Source of the DNA: Blastocatellia bacterium | GTDB lineage: Bacteria > Acidobacteriota > Blastocatellia > UBA7656 | Assembly: GCA_963765495.1 (NCBI GenBank) | Contig: CAVXWP010000015.1 | Location: 124,115 to 188,114 of the forward strand | Direction of reading: 5' to 3' | Length of the DNA stretch: 64,000 bases | Shown: in pieces, positions 31,009 to 42,213 of the stretch | Layout: each line of letters opens with the position of its first letter | Position numbering within the stretch: the first letter of the stretch is position 1 | Position numbers and translations under genes: made by a program | Notes under the pieces: generated by a model | Seen by the model: only the letters and a program-made list of their open reading frames with translations | Databases searched by the model: none | What the model was told of the DNA's origin: nothing

Positions 31009-33150
31009 ATGAAGAGATGTAAACTTGCGATCATCGCAGGCGTGCTCGCATTGCTTTCGACCGGCTCGCCAAAACTCTTTGGCGACACGCCCGGGAAAGA
31101 GTACCGCCAGTGGAATATGTATGGCGGCGGCCCGGAAAATATACATTATTCCTCGCTGGATCAGATCAATCGCGAAAACGTGCGCGACCTCTCGGTTGCA
31201 TGGACCTATGATACCGGCGATGCCTTTCCCGACTCCGAGATGCAGTGCAACCCGATAATCAGCGACGGGATTCTTTTTGCGACCACGCCCCGGCTTCGAG
31301 TGATCGCGCTCGACGCGGCAACCGGCCAACTCAAGTGGAGCTTCGACCCGAACGAAGGAGAGCAACATCCCGGCAAGATCAGAAATCGCGGTCTCACATA
31401 CTGGCAAAACGGTCGTGACAAGAGAATCTATTTCGCCTTTCGACATCTGCTCTATGCGCTCGATGCCGAAACCGGGCGACCCGTGCCGGGTTTTGGCCGG
31501 ACGGGACACGTGGACCTGAGAGAAGGTCTTGGCCGCGACCCGAGCAGGATTTATATAACCGCCTCTACGCCCGGGGTAGTTTATAAAGACACGCTCATCA
31601 TCGGAAGCCTTGTGAGCGAATCACTGCCGTCAGCGCCGGGTCACATCCGCGCTTATGATTTGCGCACCGGAAGACTGCGATGGGTCTTTCGCACGATCCC
31701 CGAACCGGGCGAGTTTGGATACAATACCTGGCCCCGCGATGCGTGGAAATACATAGGCGGAGCCAACAACTGGAGCGGCATGACGGTTGACCAGAAGCGC
31801 GGGCTGGTCTTTGTTCCTACGGGGTCGGCGGCGTTCGATTTTTACGGCGCGAACCGCCACGGCAATAATCTTTTCGCAAATTCTCTGATCTGTCTGAATG
31901 CCGCGACCGGCAAACGGATGTGGCATTTTCAGTTTGTCAGACACGATGTATGGGATCGCGACCTGCCCACCGCGCCCTGTCTTGTGACGGTCAGGCGCGG
32001 GCGTCGCGTAATCGAAGCCGTGGCGCAGATCACGAAATCGGGTCACGTCTTCGTCTTTGAGCGCGCGACCGGCAAGCCCGTCTTCCCGATTGAATACCGC
32101 AAAGTGTCGGTTGCCGGAGTGGACGGTGAAAAGCTGGCAACGACACAGCCTTTTCCGGTACTTCCGCCGCCCTTTGCAAGACAGGCGCTCACCGAAGATA
32201 TGCTGACCCGGCGCACGCCCGAGGCGCACAGGGCGGTAGAGGAGCGATTTCGCAAGCTGCGCAGTCGCGGGCAGTTTGAGCCGCCGAGCCTTGAGGGGAC
32301 CATAATCTTTCCGGGGTTTGACGGCGGCGGAGAGTGGGGAGGCGCGGCCTTCGATCCAACGACCGGGTTGCTTTATGTGAACTCAAACGAGATGGCGTGG
32401 ATTCTCAGGCTTGTCCAACGACCTGCGGAGAAAAAAACAGTGGGCGGACGGGGCCTCTATCAGGCTAATTGCGCCGGTTGTCACCGAAGCGATTTTGAAG
32501 GCAGCCCGCCAAACTTTCCTTCGCTCGTAAACATCGGCGAAAAATATAACGCCTCACAGATAAGATCGGTGATTCACGACGGCGCGGGAAGAATGCCCGG
32601 TTTTTCTTCCCTCGGCGATGAGGCGATCTCTGCAATCGCAGAGTACATAACCACGGGGCGGGATACCGCTCCGGTAGCCGACCGTGCGGAGCCGCAAGGC
32701 ATCTATCAAAAGTATATGCACGACGGATACAATAAATTCCTCGACCCCGACGGTTTCCCGGCCGTAAAACCGCCCTGGGGAACCTTGAGCGCGATTGATC
32801 TGAGCAGGGGAAAGATCATCTGGCAAAAACCGCTGGGTGAATATCCAAAGCTGGCAGAGGCAGGCGTGCGCGACACGGGAAGCGAAAACTACGGCGGGGC
32901 GGTTGTTACCTCTGGCGGGCTGATTTTTATCGCCGCGACAAGCTATGATAAAAAGTTCCGTGCATTCGATAAGGCGAGCGGAGAACTGCTCTGGGAAGCG
33001 GTGCTCCCCACGTCGGGAAACGCTACGCCTGCGACCTATGAAGTCGACGGGCGGCAGTATATCGTAATCGGGGCAGGCGGCGGCAAAGGCGCACCTTCGG
33101 GCGGCACCTACGTAGCCTTTGCGCTGCCAAAGGACAGGGATGGGAAATGA
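31009..33150 (+). CDS. PQQ-dependent (glucose/quinate-type) dehydrogenase with an inserted cytochrome c domain
   Basis: [43 protein letters not shown]; CAGCH heme motif and GRMP. Confidence 0.9.
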   Translation: MKRCKLAIIAGVLALLSTGSPKLFGDTPGKEYRQWNMYGGGPENIHYSSLDQINRENVRDLSVAWTYDTGDAFPDSEMQCNPIISDGILFATTPRLRVIALDAATGQLKWSFDPNEGEQHPGKIRNRGLTYWQNGRDKRIYFAFRHLLYALDAETGRPVPGFGRTGHVDLREGLGRDPSRIYITASTPGVVYKDTLIIGSLVSESLPSAPGHIRAYDLRTGRLRWVFRTIPEPGEFGYNTWPRDAWKYIGGANNWSGMTVDQKRGLVFVPTGSAAFDFYGANRHGNNLFANSLICLNAATGKRMWHFQFVRHDVWDRDLPTAPCLVTVRRGRRVIEAVAQITKSGHVFVFERATGKPVFPIEYRKVSVAGVDGEKLATTQPFPVLPPPFARQALTEDMLTRRTPEAHRAVEERFRKLRSRGQFEPPSLEGTIIFPGFDGGGEWGGAAFDPTTGLLYVNSNEMAWILRLVQRPAEKKTVGGRGLYQANCAGCHRSDFEGSPPNFPSLVNIGEKYNASQIRSVIHDGAGRMPGFSSLGDEAISAIAEYITTGRDTAPVADRAEPQGIYQKYMHDGYNKFLDPDGFPAVKPPWGTLSAIDLSRGKIIWQKPLGEYPKLAEAGVRDTGSENYGGAVVTSGGLIFIAATSYDKKFRAFDKASGELLWEAVLPTSGNATPATYEVDGRQYIVIGAGGGKGAPSGGTYVAFALPKDRDGK

Positions 33151-33184
33151 TGGAGATTTGAGATTTGAAAACAGAGAGGTTCTT

Positions 33185-33715
33185 ATGACAACATCTAAAA
33201 CACAACTGACTCGACCGGACGAGACCGAATACGCGCCGTATTATGGAAAATATATCTCGCTTGTGCCGGATGGAGACATCCTCAATACGCTCAGAGAGCA
33301 ACTCGAAGAGACTCTCGGCGTACTCGGGAGCATCCCCGAATCGCAGGCAGATTACCGGTACGCTTCGGATAAGTGGAGCATCAAGGAAGTCATCGGCCAC
33401 CTGGCCGACAGCGAGCGGATATTTGCTTACAGGGCGCTGAGGATCGCCCGAAACGACAAGACGCCGCTGCCCGGATTTGAGCAAAACGATTATGTGGAGA
33501 ATGCCGATCTCGCTCACCGACAGCTTGCGGACCTGGCCGAGGAATTCAAAGATATAAGACAAGCCAGCCTGCATCTGTTTCGCTCGCTCAGTGAAGAAGC
33601 GTGGGCGAGACGAGGCACGGCGAGCGAAGTCGAGGTCAGCGTGCGTGCGCTGGCTTACATAATCGCCGGGCACGAGCTACATCATTTGCAGGTGCTCAGG
33701 AGTCGCTATCTGTAA
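33185..33715 (+). CDS. DinB/YfiT family protein
   Basis: KWSIKEVIGHLADSERIFAYRALR, AGHELHH; start at 33185 inferred. Confidence 0.88.
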   Translation: MTTSKTQLTRPDETEYAPYYGKYISLVPDGDILNTLREQLEETLGVLGSIPESQADYRYASDKWSIKEVIGHLADSERIFAYRALRIARNDKTPLPGFEQNDYVENADLAHRQLADLAEEFKDIRQASLHLFRSLSEEAWARRGTASEVEVSVRALAYIIAGHELHHLQVLRSRYL

Positions 33716-33723
33716 AAATAAAC

Positions 33724-33767
33724 AGACAGGATTAACAGGATTCACTCTGATCCTGTTAATCCTGTCT
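33724..33767. repeat. Family B perfect inverted repeat
   Basis: agacaggattaacaggat, loop tcactctg, atcctgttaatcctgtct. Confidence 0.85.
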
Positions 33768-33785
33768 AAAAATTTGGAGAAGACG

Positions 33786-34724
33786 ATGAGAAAGATTCTT
33801 GCTGTCATTTTAACGGCGCTACTGATTTCGGCTGCGGCTTTTGGGCAGCCGGCAGAGAAAACGCTGGCTGAACGGCTCGGATACCCGAAGGATGCGAAAC
33901 TGCTCATAATGCACGCGGACGATCTGGGCGTGGCTCACTCTGTCGATGCCGCCTCGACAAAGGCGCTTGAGGCCGGAGCCATCTCGTCGGCCTCTATTAT
34001 GGTTCCCTGTCCCTGGTTTCCAGAGATCGCCGCTTATGCGCGCAATCACCCTCAGGCCGATTTAGGGTTGCATCTGACGCTGACAAGCGAATGGCAGCTT
34101 TATCGCTGGGGGCCTGTGCTCTCAAAAGACCGGGTCGCTACGCTTTTGGACCCGACCGGCTACCTTTACCCTACGGAGATGGAAGCCTCCGCGCACGCAT
34201 CTGCTCAGGAGGTCGAAGCGGAGATAAGGGCGCAGATCGAGCGGGCGCGAGCGTTCGGAATAAACCCCTCGCATCTTGATTCTCACATGGGCACGCTTTA
34301 TCGGAGTCGACCGCTTTTTGAGGCGCTGCTGAAAGTGGCGCGGGGATACAAACTCCCGGTGATGATTTCAAAAGAATGGTTTGCCCAGGCCGATTTTCTG
34401 CCCGCAATTCTCAGCCCGGACACAATCGTCATAGACAGGGTCATCACCATCGGCCCCGACATAAAGCCCGAAAAATGGGCCGATTTTTACACCGGGGTCA
34501 TCAAGAGCCTTCAACCCGGCGTCACCGAAATCATTGTGCATCTTGCCTATGACGATGAAGAGATGCGGGGCATAACCTATGAGCATCCCGACTGGGGAGC
34601 GGGATGGCGGCAGCGGGATTTCGATTTCCTTATGAGCGAGCAGTATCGCCACCTGCTCGAAGAGAACAACGTCAAGCTCATAACGTGGCGGGAAATTGGC
34701 AAACTGCTGGACTCTCAGAATTGA
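33786..34724 (+). CDS. ChbG/YdjC family carbohydrate deacetylase, exported
   Basis: HADDLG, SASIMVPCPW, GLHLTLTSEW, SHLDSHM; signal peptide. Confidence 0.88.
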   Translation: MRKILAVILTALLISAAAFGQPAEKTLAERLGYPKDAKLLIMHADDLGVAHSVDAASTKALEAGAISSASIMVPCPWFPEIAAYARNHPQADLGLHLTLTSEWQLYRWGPVLSKDRVATLLDPTGYLYPTEMEASAHASAQEVEAEIRAQIERARAFGINPSHLDSHMGTLYRSRPLFEALLKVARGYKLPVMISKEWFAQADFLPAILSPDTIVIDRVITIGPDIKPEKWADFYTGVIKSLQPGVTEIIVHLAYDDEEMRGITYEHPDWGAGWRQRDFDFLMSEQYRHLLEENNVKLITWREIGKLLDSQN

Positions 34725-34764
34725 TCGAGGTTTCTCTATCGTTTATTGCAGGGGGATCACATCT

Positions 34765-35604
34765 ATGGAGCGACTCAAGGTAGATCACCTCACGATAGCG
34801 GGTTCGGAACTCCCTCAGCTTGAAAGGGTCTTTGCCGATTTGAATCTGAGGGTCGTCTATGGAGGCGCGCACTCAAACGGCATTACTCACATGTCAATAA
34901 TCGGGTTCGAAGACGGATCATATTTAGAATTGATTTCCACGCTTGAGAGAGGGCAGCAATCGCCTTTGTGGGGCGACTACATTTCAAACGGCGCGGGTCT
35001 ATGCGCCTGGGCCGTGGATGTCGATGACGTGGCTCGCGAATCTGCCCGGCTATCCGGGATGGGAATAGTTGTGAATGGACCGCGTTATATGAACAGGCGG
35101 CGACCGGACGGAAACCTCGCGGAATGGGACCTTGCCTATATTGGAGACGGCGAACCGGGCGCGAAACTGCCTTTCATCATAAAAGACAGGACGGACCGCC
35201 AAATACGGATCAGCCCTACGGTGAGCGCGGATGAATCTGAACTGCTGGGAGCCGAGAAAATTATCCTCGGAACATCGGACATGGATTCTTCAATAGAGTT
35301 GTTCAGGCGCGTCTATACTCTGCCCGCTCCATCGTTGATTGACGATGCCGATTTTGGAGGAAGACTCGCAAACTTCGCGGGGACGCCCGTGGTACTGGCT
35401 TCGCCTTTGGGAGAACGGGGCTGGCTGGCGGAAAGGCTAAAAAGATTTGGCGACCTGCCCTGCGGCTTTCTTATAAAGAGCAGAGATTTCGAGAAGGCGA
35501 AAGAAAGATTTGGATTCGATAAAGAATCGGCATTCTTTGAAGGCAATGTCTGCTGGTTCGACGAGCCCATTCTCAACGAAACAAGAATGGGTTTCGTCTC
35601 ATAA
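34765..35604 (+). CDS. VOC / glyoxalase-like domain protein
   Basis: VDHLTI, YGGAHSNGITH, GSYLELI, LPFII; start at 34765 inferred. Confidence 0.8.
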   Translation: MERLKVDHLTIAGSELPQLERVFADLNLRVVYGGAHSNGITHMSIIGFEDGSYLELISTLERGQQSPLWGDYISNGAGLCAWAVDVDDVARESARLSGMGIVVNGPRYMNRRRPDGNLAEWDLAYIGDGEPGAKLPFIIKDRTDRQIRISPTVSADESELLGAEKIILGTSDMDSSIELFRRVYTLPAPSLIDDADFGGRLANFAGTPVVLASPLGERGWLAERLKRFGDLPCGFLIKSRDFEKAKERFGFDKESAFFEGNVCWFDEPILNETRMGFVS

Positions 35605-35658
35605 GAAGCGGGCCGAAGATTCTCACATGCGCGATTAAAACTTGGGGGGATTCACTTC

Positions 35659-38034
35659 ATGAAAATACTAAATCTCGTATCCGCTGGTATGTCTCTGGCG
35701 CTGTTATTAAGCCTTGCGGCTTTCCCGCTAGCCACTATCTTTGCGCAGACGATTGATTACCGCGCGAAGGCGAAAGAACTCGTGGGGAAAATGACGCTCG
35801 AAGAAAAGGCTTCTCTCGCGTCGGGGAAAGATTTCTGGACAACGAAGCCGGTTGAGCGGTTGGGCATCCCATCCATCTTTATGACCGACGGGCCGCACGG
35901 GTTGCGAAAAGACTCGGGCGGCGGGTTTACAAACAGCGTTCCGGCCACGTGTTTCCCCACGGCTTCGGCCCTGGCCTCGTCGTGGAATACGGAGTTGCTC
36001 GAAAAGGTGGGCGAGGCGCTTGGCGTAGAGAGCCAGGCCAACGACGTGCAGATTTTATTAGGCCCCGGCGTGAACATGAAGAGGTCGCCGCTTGGCGGAA
36101 GAAATTTTGAATACTTCTCAGAAGACCCCGTGCTTTCAGGCCGCATGGCCGTGGCCTTTATCAACGGAGTTCAAAGCCAGGGCGTAGGAACTTCGCTCAA
36201 ACACTTCGCCGCTAATAATCAGGAATATCAGCGGATGACTATGAGTTCCAGCCCGGATGACAGGACTCTGCACGAGATATATCTGCCCGCATTTGAGATG
36301 GCTGTAACAGAAGCCCAGCCCTGGACCGTGATGTGCTCTTACAACAAGCTGAATGGAGTCTATGCAAGCCAGAACCCTTTTCTGCTTGATGAGATTCTGA
36401 AAAAGGAATGGGGGCTGAAAGGGTTTGTGGTATCGGACTGGGGCGCGGTCGATGATCGCGTTGCCGGAATCAAGGCGGGTCTGAATCTTGAGATGCCCGC
36501 GAGCGGCGGGTTAAACGACAGGAAAATAGTAGAGGCCGTCAAGAGCGGGCAACTTGAGGAAGCGAGACTGGATGAGGTTATAACGGAGTTGCTCGCGGTG
36601 ATATTAAAGGCCAGAGACGCTCATAAATCTGGCGTGACATACGATGCGCAGAAGCATCACGAACTGGCTCGACAGGCGAGCGGCGAAACGATTGTCCTGC
36701 TGAAAAACGACAACGCCATTTTGCCGCTCGACACCGAAAAGACAAAGAAGATCGCCGTGATCGGCGGCTTTGCCAAACATCCGCGTTATCAGGGGTCGGG
36801 CAGTTCGCGAGTCAACCCCACTCAGCTTGCAAACGCCTTTGATGAGTTGAAGAAACTGGCGGGCAATAATTCTCAAATCAGTTTCGCGCAAGGCTACGAA
36901 GAGGAAGGCAGAACCGATGACAAGCTGATTGCCGAAGCCGTGGAGGCGGCGAAAAATTCCGAAGTGGCGATTGTCTTTGCGGGGCTGCCCGACAGCTATG
37001 AATCCGAGGGCTATGATCGTCAGCATATTGATTTGCCCGACGGTCACAACCGGCTTGTAGAAGCCGTGGCCCAGGCTCAACCCAACATCGTGGTAGTGTT
37101 GATGAACGGTTCTGCGGTCGCGCTTCCGTGGGTCTCAAAAGTGAAGGCCATCCTCGAAGGCTGGCTTGGCGGTCAGGCGGGCGGCGGCGCGATAGCAGAT
37201 GTGCTGACGGGCAGGGTAAACCCCTCCGGCAAGTTGTCCGAGACCTTTCCTGTGAGGCTTGCCGACACGCCCGCGTTTCTCGATTTTCCCGCGAGGAACG
37301 GCGAAGCCCGCTACGGCGAGGGCATCTTTATCGGCTATCGTTATTACGATAAGAAAAAGATCGCCCCGCGCTTTCCCTTCGGCTACGGGATGAGCTACAC
37401 CACGTTTGCTTATTCGGGGATAAAGGCAGACAGGACGAGCTTGAAAGACACCGACCCGCTCACGGTCGAAGTGACGGTGAAAAACACCGGCAATCGCGAA
37501 GGAAAAGAGGTCGTGGAATTATACGTCGGTGATCGAACGGGCAAGGTGTTGCGGCCCGAAAAAGAGCTGAAGAAGTTTGCCAAGGTATCTTTGAAGCCCG
37601 GAGAAGAAAAGACCGTCAGCTTCAAACTGGGTTTTCGCGACTTCGCATACTATGACGAGAACGTAAAAGAATGGGAGACCGAATCGGGCAAATACGAAAT
37701 CCTTGTGGGCGGTTCTTCCGAAAGTCTGCCGTTACGGCAAATCGTAGAGATCGAATCTACGAGAACGGCTTTCGCAAAGCTGACGCCTTATTCGACTTTG
37801 AAAGAGCTTAGCAATCACCCGAGAGGCAAAGCGGCTTACGAGCAGGTAATGGGTGGGATGTCGAGCATGTTTCTGGGCGGGAACACACACCCGAGCGAGG
37901 AAGAAAAACAGAAGGCCAGGGCAACGGCAGAGACGTTTTTTGGCGATCTGCCTCTGAAAAAACTGATCACCTTTTCGCAGGGGAATTTTACGGAGGCGAT
38001 GCTCGAAGGCTTGCTGCAAAGCGTGAATCAATGA
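35659..38034 (+). CDS. GH3 beta-glucosidase
   Basis: TDGPHGLR, GGRNFEYFSEDP, KHFAANNQE, VVSDWG, PFGYGMSYTTF, Fn3-like C-terminal domain. Confidence 0.93.
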   Translation: MKILNLVSAGMSLALLLSLAAFPLATIFAQTIDYRAKAKELVGKMTLEEKASLASGKDFWTTKPVERLGIPSIFMTDGPHGLRKDSGGGFTNSVPATCFPTASALASSWNTELLEKVGEALGVESQANDVQILLGPGVNMKRSPLGGRNFEYFSEDPVLSGRMAVAFINGVQSQGVGTSLKHFAANNQEYQRMTMSSSPDDRTLHEIYLPAFEMAVTEAQPWTVMCSYNKLNGVYASQNPFLLDEILKKEWGLKGFVVSDWGAVDDRVAGIKAGLNLEMPASGGLNDRKIVEAVKSGQLEEARLDEVITELLAVILKARDAHKSGVTYDAQKHHELARQASGETIVLLKNDNAILPLDTEKTKKIAVIGGFAKHPRYQGSGSSRVNPTQLANAFDELKKLAGNNSQISFAQGYEEEGRTDDKLIAEAVEAAKNSEVAIVFAGLPDSYESEGYDRQHIDLPDGHNRLVEAVAQAQPNIVVVLMNGSAVALPWVSKVKAILEGWLGGQAGGGAIADVLTGRVNPSGKLSETFPVRLADTPAFLDFPARNGEARYGEGIFIGYRYYDKKKIAPRFPFGYGMSYTTFAYSGIKADRTSLKDTDPLTVEVTVKNTGNREGKEVVELYVGDRTGKVLRPEKELKKFAKVSLKPGEEKTVSFKLGFRDFAYYDENVKEWETESGKYEILVGGSSESLPLRQIVEIESTRTAFAKLTPYSTLKELSNHPRGKAAYEQVMGGMSSMFLGGNTHPSEEEKQKARATAETFFGDLPLKKLITFSQGNFTEAMLEGLLQSVNQ

Positions 38035-38059
38035 CTGACTCATGCCGTCAGGGGCGGTA

Positions 38060-38133
38060 CGTGATGCATGATTTAGCATATCTACAAATTGGCTTTTACA
38101 GGCGGATTGCCTAAGAATCACGCATCACGCATC
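38060..38133. repeat. Family A element with short arrays
   Basis: cgtgatgcatga, 46-nt core, tcacgcatcacgcatc. Confidence 0.7.
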
Positions 38134-38136
38134 TGA

Positions 38137-40533
38137 ATGAATCACATGAAATTATTACGCTCGTTATTAATCATAGCGTTGCTTGCCGGTGGTGGTGGAG
38201 GCAATAGCTCACTGGCCCAGAACGCCCCGACGCCGCGCATAAACCCTGAGTTGCTCACGAGGCTTTGGAGTGCGCACTGGATTGTGGTCCCCGATACGTC
38301 GCCTTTTGATTACGGCGTCTATCATTTCCGCAAGACATTCGAACTTCCGTCGAAACCCGCGTCGTTTGTCATTCACGTCACGGGCGACAATCGGTATCAA
38401 CTCTTTGTCAACGGCGAGCGTGTAGTGTGGGGGCCTGCGCGCGGAGATTTGAATCACTGGCGCTATGAGACTATAGACATCGCGCCGCAATTAAAGGCGG
38501 GGCGAAACGCGCTGGCGGCTGTGGTCTGGAATTTTGGAGAGCACGCGCCCGAGGCGCAAGTGACCGACCGCGCAGCCTTTCTGCTGCAAGGCGACACCGA
38601 GGCCGAAAGAGTCGTTGACACAAACGATCAGTGGAAGTGCATGCGCGACCCGGCCTATCAGCCGTTGCATTACACACACGCGCAGATGCGCGGCTATTTC
38701 GTCGCGGGGCCTGCCGACAGAGTTGACGGCGCAACCTATCCGTGGGGATGGGAGCAGACAGATTTTGACGATTCAACGTGGGTCGGGGCGCGGACGGAGT
38801 GGCGCTTGAGCGGCGCTCCACGTGATGCGCGCGACGCGCCGAATCGCTGGCTGCTCGTGCCGCGAAACATACCTCTGGAGGAAGAAAAGCCCGAGCGGTT
38901 GAACGCCTTGCGCCAGTCGAGCGGCGTAAACGTGCCTGCCAGCTTCCCGAAAGAAGCGGCCTCCTTCACGGTACCTGCAAACACAAAAGCGCGGTTGCTG
39001 CTCGATCAATCTCATCTGACCACAGCTTATCCTGAGTTGATCGTGAGCGGAGGCCGGGGTGCGGTGATTGAAATGGGCTATGCCGAATCTCTGTTTGAGA
39101 AAGAGGGCAAGGGCAATCGCGACGAAGTCGAGGGCAAAACGTTTGTAGGCTATTACGACATCTTCACAACCGACGGCGGCGGCAGGCGGATGTTTCGCCC
39201 GCTATGGTGGCGCACATATCGCTACATCGATTTGAAGATCGAAACCGGGGAAGCGCCGCTCGTGGTTGAGGATTTGCGCGGCGTCTTTGTAGGCTACCCG
39301 TTCGAAATGAAGGCAAGCTTTGATGCGGGTTCCAAGCGTCTCGCCCACATTCTCGAAGTGGGCTGGCGCACGGCTCGGCTTTGCGCGCACGAAACCTACA
39401 TGGACTGTCCTTACTACGAGCAGTTGCAATACGCGGGCGACACACGAATACAGTGTCTGGTTTCTCTCTACAACGCGGGCGACGGACGGTTGATGAGGAA
39501 CGCGATAGCGCAGCTAAACGATTCGCGCACGTCCGAAGGCGCTACGATGAGCCGCGCCCCGACCCGTCAGCAGCAATACATCCCGCCGTTTTCGCTCTGG
39601 TGGATAGGGATGGTGCACGATTACTGGTGGTATCAAAACGACCCCGAATTTGTGCGCGAGATGCTGCCGGGCGTGCGCGCCGTTCTGACTTTCTTTGCAA
39701 AATACGAGAAGCCTTCGGGATCGCTCAAGCAGATGCCGTGGTGGAACTATGTTGACTGGGTGTGGAAGAATTCCGGTGAGCCGCCCCGGGGGGCGGACGG
39801 TTCTTCGGCTGTCATTGACCTTCAGCACTTGCTCGCGCTCGACTGGGCGGCAGATTTGGAGGAGGCTCTGGGTTCGAGGCGGCAGGCATCCGAATTTCGC
39901 GAACAGGCCGTAACCTTGCGAGCGGCAATCAAACGGCTTTACTGGGATACGACTCGACAACTCTTTGCCGATACGGTTGAGAAGAAGGAGTTTTCGCAGC
40001 AAGCCAACTCGCTTGCCGTGCTGGCCCGCGTGACGGAAGGCGAAGAGGCTCGCTCGCTTGTTGTTCGCATTCTGAATGACTCGTCGCTAACCGAGTGCAC
40101 ATACTATTTCCGGTATTACCTGTATTCGGCGGTGAATCAGGTAGGCGAAGGCGACCGCTACCTTGACCTTCTCGGCGAATGGGACAGTATGCTTGCGCGA
40201 GGGCTTACGACATGGGCCGAGAAACCTGAGCCTACGCGCTCGGATTGCCACGCCTGGAGCGCAAGCCCCAATTATGAACTCTTCCGAACGGTGCTTGGCA
40301 TCGACTCGGCCGCGCCCGGGTTCAAGCGCGTAATCATTCGCCCTTATCTCGGCAAACTCACGCGCGTAACCGGCTCGATTCCGCACCCGAACGGAGAGAT
40401 AAGTGTGAAGCTCGCGCTTGAGGGCGGCAAGCTTGAAGCGGAAGTAAATCTGCCCGCAAGCGTCACGGGCGATTTCATCTGGCGGGGCGAAAGGCGAGCC
40501 CTCAAAGCCGGGCAGAACAAACTGTCTTTATGA
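38137..40533 (+). CDS. GH78 alpha-L-rhamnosidase family protein
   Basis: [30 protein letters not shown]; signal peptide. Confidence 0.88.
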   Translation: MNHMKLLRSLLIIALLAGGGGGNSSLAQNAPTPRINPELLTRLWSAHWIVVPDTSPFDYGVYHFRKTFELPSKPASFVIHVTGDNRYQLFVNGERVVWGPARGDLNHWRYETIDIAPQLKAGRNALAAVVWNFGEHAPEAQVTDRAAFLLQGDTEAERVVDTNDQWKCMRDPAYQPLHYTHAQMRGYFVAGPADRVDGATYPWGWEQTDFDDSTWVGARTEWRLSGAPRDARDAPNRWLLVPRNIPLEEEKPERLNALRQSSGVNVPASFPKEAASFTVPANTKARLLLDQSHLTTAYPELIVSGGRGAVIEMGYAESLFEKEGKGNRDEVEGKTFVGYYDIFTTDGGGRRMFRPLWWRTYRYIDLKIETGEAPLVVEDLRGVFVGYPFEMKASFDAGSKRLAHILEVGWRTARLCAHETYMDCPYYEQLQYAGDTRIQCLVSLYNAGDGRLMRNAIAQLNDSRTSEGATMSRAPTRQQQYIPPFSLWWIGMVHDYWWYQNDPEFVREMLPGVRAVLTFFAKYEKPSGSLKQMPWWNYVDWVWKNSGEPPRGADGSSAVIDLQHLLALDWAADLEEALGSRRQASEFREQAVTLRAAIKRLYWDTTRQLFADTVEKKEFSQQANSLAVLARVTEGEEARSLVVRILNDSSLTECTYYFRYYLYSAVNQVGEGDRYLDLLGEWDSMLARGLTTWAEKPEPTRSDCHAWSASPNYELFRTVLGIDSAAPGFKRVIIRPYLGKLTRVTGSIPHPNGEISVKLALEGGKLEAEVNLPASVTGDFIWRGERRALKAGQNKLSL

Positions 40534-40584
40534 TGATTGATCGGGTACTTAATTTGAATAAACTTGAAACGAGGTCGAAACGGT

Positions 40585-41466
40585 ATGAAATTAAAAGCTA
40601 CGATTCTGATTGTGTTGCTTTTTGCTCTGGCCGGCGTAGCCAGTGCTCAAAAAGTTATACGCCTGTATCCGGGCGCAGCGCCGGGGTCCGAAGACTGGAA
40701 GCATCAGGAGAAAGAATATTTCTCGCAAATCTGGAATACGCAGGTTGTGACAAACGTAGCGCAGCCTACGCTGACGGTTTATGCCGCCGACCCGGCGACG
40801 GCCAACGGCACGTCGGTCGTCATCTGCCCGGGAGGCGGATTCCACGCGCTCTCGATCAACAGCGAAGGCATTGACGTAGCCAAATGGCTAAACGGCAAAG
40901 GCGTCACGGCATTCGTTTTGAAATACCGTCTGGTGCCTACGGGCGAGGACGGCGTGAAAGAGTTGATGTCAAAAATCACGGACCGCGACCGGATGGACCA
41001 GGACAATGCCAGAGTCATACCTCTTGCCATAGCGGACGGCGTGGCGGCGGTCGCCTATGTGCGAAAGCACGCCTCGGAGTTTGGCGTGTCGCCCACGCGC
41101 ATAGGCTTGATGGGATTTTCAGCGGGCGGGACGGTCACCGCCGCCGTAGGCTTTCAATATACGGCAGAGAGTCGCCCCGATTTTCTCGCCCCGATTTATG
41201 CCTACATGGGCGCGGTCAAAGATGCGCCCGTGCCGAGTGACGCCCCGCCGTTGTTCGTAGCGGCGGCCACGGATGATCAACTTGGGCTTGCGCCCGACAG
41301 CGTCAATCTTTATATAAAGTGGATGCTGGCGAAGAAGCCCGCCGAGATTCACATGTATTCAAAGGGCGGGCACGGCTTTGGAATGCGAAAGCAGAATCTG
41401 CCCTCCGACCACTGGATCGAACGTTTTGGCGAATGGCTCGACACGCAGGGGCTCTTGAAGAAGTAA
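40585..41466 (+). CDS. Exported alpha/beta hydrolase (carbohydrate esterase-like)
   Basis: ICPGGG, GFSAGG nucleophile elbow, GGHGFG; start at 40585 inferred. Confidence 0.88.
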   Translation: MKLKATILIVLLFALAGVASAQKVIRLYPGAAPGSEDWKHQEKEYFSQIWNTQVVTNVAQPTLTVYAADPATANGTSVVICPGGGFHALSINSEGIDVAKWLNGKGVTAFVLKYRLVPTGEDGVKELMSKITDRDRMDQDNARVIPLAIADGVAAVAYVRKHASEFGVSPTRIGLMGFSAGGTVTAAVGFQYTAESRPDFLAPIYAYMGAVKDAPVPSDAPPLFVAAATDDQLGLAPDSVNLYIKWMLAKKPAEIHMYSKGGHGFGMRKQNLPSDHWIERFGEWLDTQGLLKK

Positions 41467-41468
41467 TC

Positions 41469-42194
41469 ATGCCGAAAACATCCGGGTTTGAAATTGATGT
41501 TATCGCCTTTGATGCCGACGATACGCTCTGGCACAACGAGCCCATTTTTACCGAGACCAAACGCAAATTTGAACGGCTCCTGATGAGCTATCACAGCGAG
41601 CCTTGGATCGCCGGCAAACTTGACGAAACCGAGCTTCGCAACATCCAGCACTTTGGCTACGGTATAAAGGGATTTACGCTCTCGATGATCGAAACCGCCG
41701 TCGAACTTACCGAAGGGCGCATCGGCGCAAACGAGATTATGGAGATCATCGGCTACGGGCGAGAGATGATGCTCCACCCCGTAGAGCTTCTCGATGGAGC
41801 GCGAGAAACCGTCTCGAAGCTATCAGAATCCTACAATCTGATGCTCATCACGAAGGGCGATTTGTTCGATCAGGAATCGAAGATCGCCCGCTCCGGGCTG
41901 GGCGATTATTTCAGTCGAATCGAGATCGTGAGCGAGAAACAGCAAAGCACATACGAATCAATTATGGCGCGTCACCGAATCTCGCCCGAACGATTTCTGA
42001 TGGTAGGCAATTCCATAAAATCGGATATACTGCCGGTCCTTGCCTCGGGCGGGCGCGCCGTCCATGTTCCGTATGCGACCACGTGGTTTCACGAAATGGT
42101 TGAAGACTTCGACCCGGCGCAGGCGGATTTTATCGAACTGGAAAGCCTCGCGCTTCTCCCCGAATTGTTGGCCGAATTGACCGGCAATCGATAG
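41469..42194 (+). CDS. HAD family hydrolase
   Basis: FDADDTLWHNE, ITKGDLFDQ, MVGNSIKSDILP. Confidence 0.9.
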   Translation: MPKTSGFEIDVIAFDADDTLWHNEPIFTETKRKFERLLMSYHSEPWIAGKLDETELRNIQHFGYGIKGFTLSMIETAVELTEGRIGANEIMEIIGYGREMMLHPVELLDGARETVSKLSESYNLMLITKGDLFDQESKIARSGLGDYFSRIEIVSEKQQSTYESIMARHRISPERFLMVGNSIKSDILPVLASGGRAVHVPYATTWFHEMVEDFDPAQADFIELESLALLPELLAELTGNR

Positions 42195-42213
42195 ACATCT
42201 GGAAAGGAAATGC

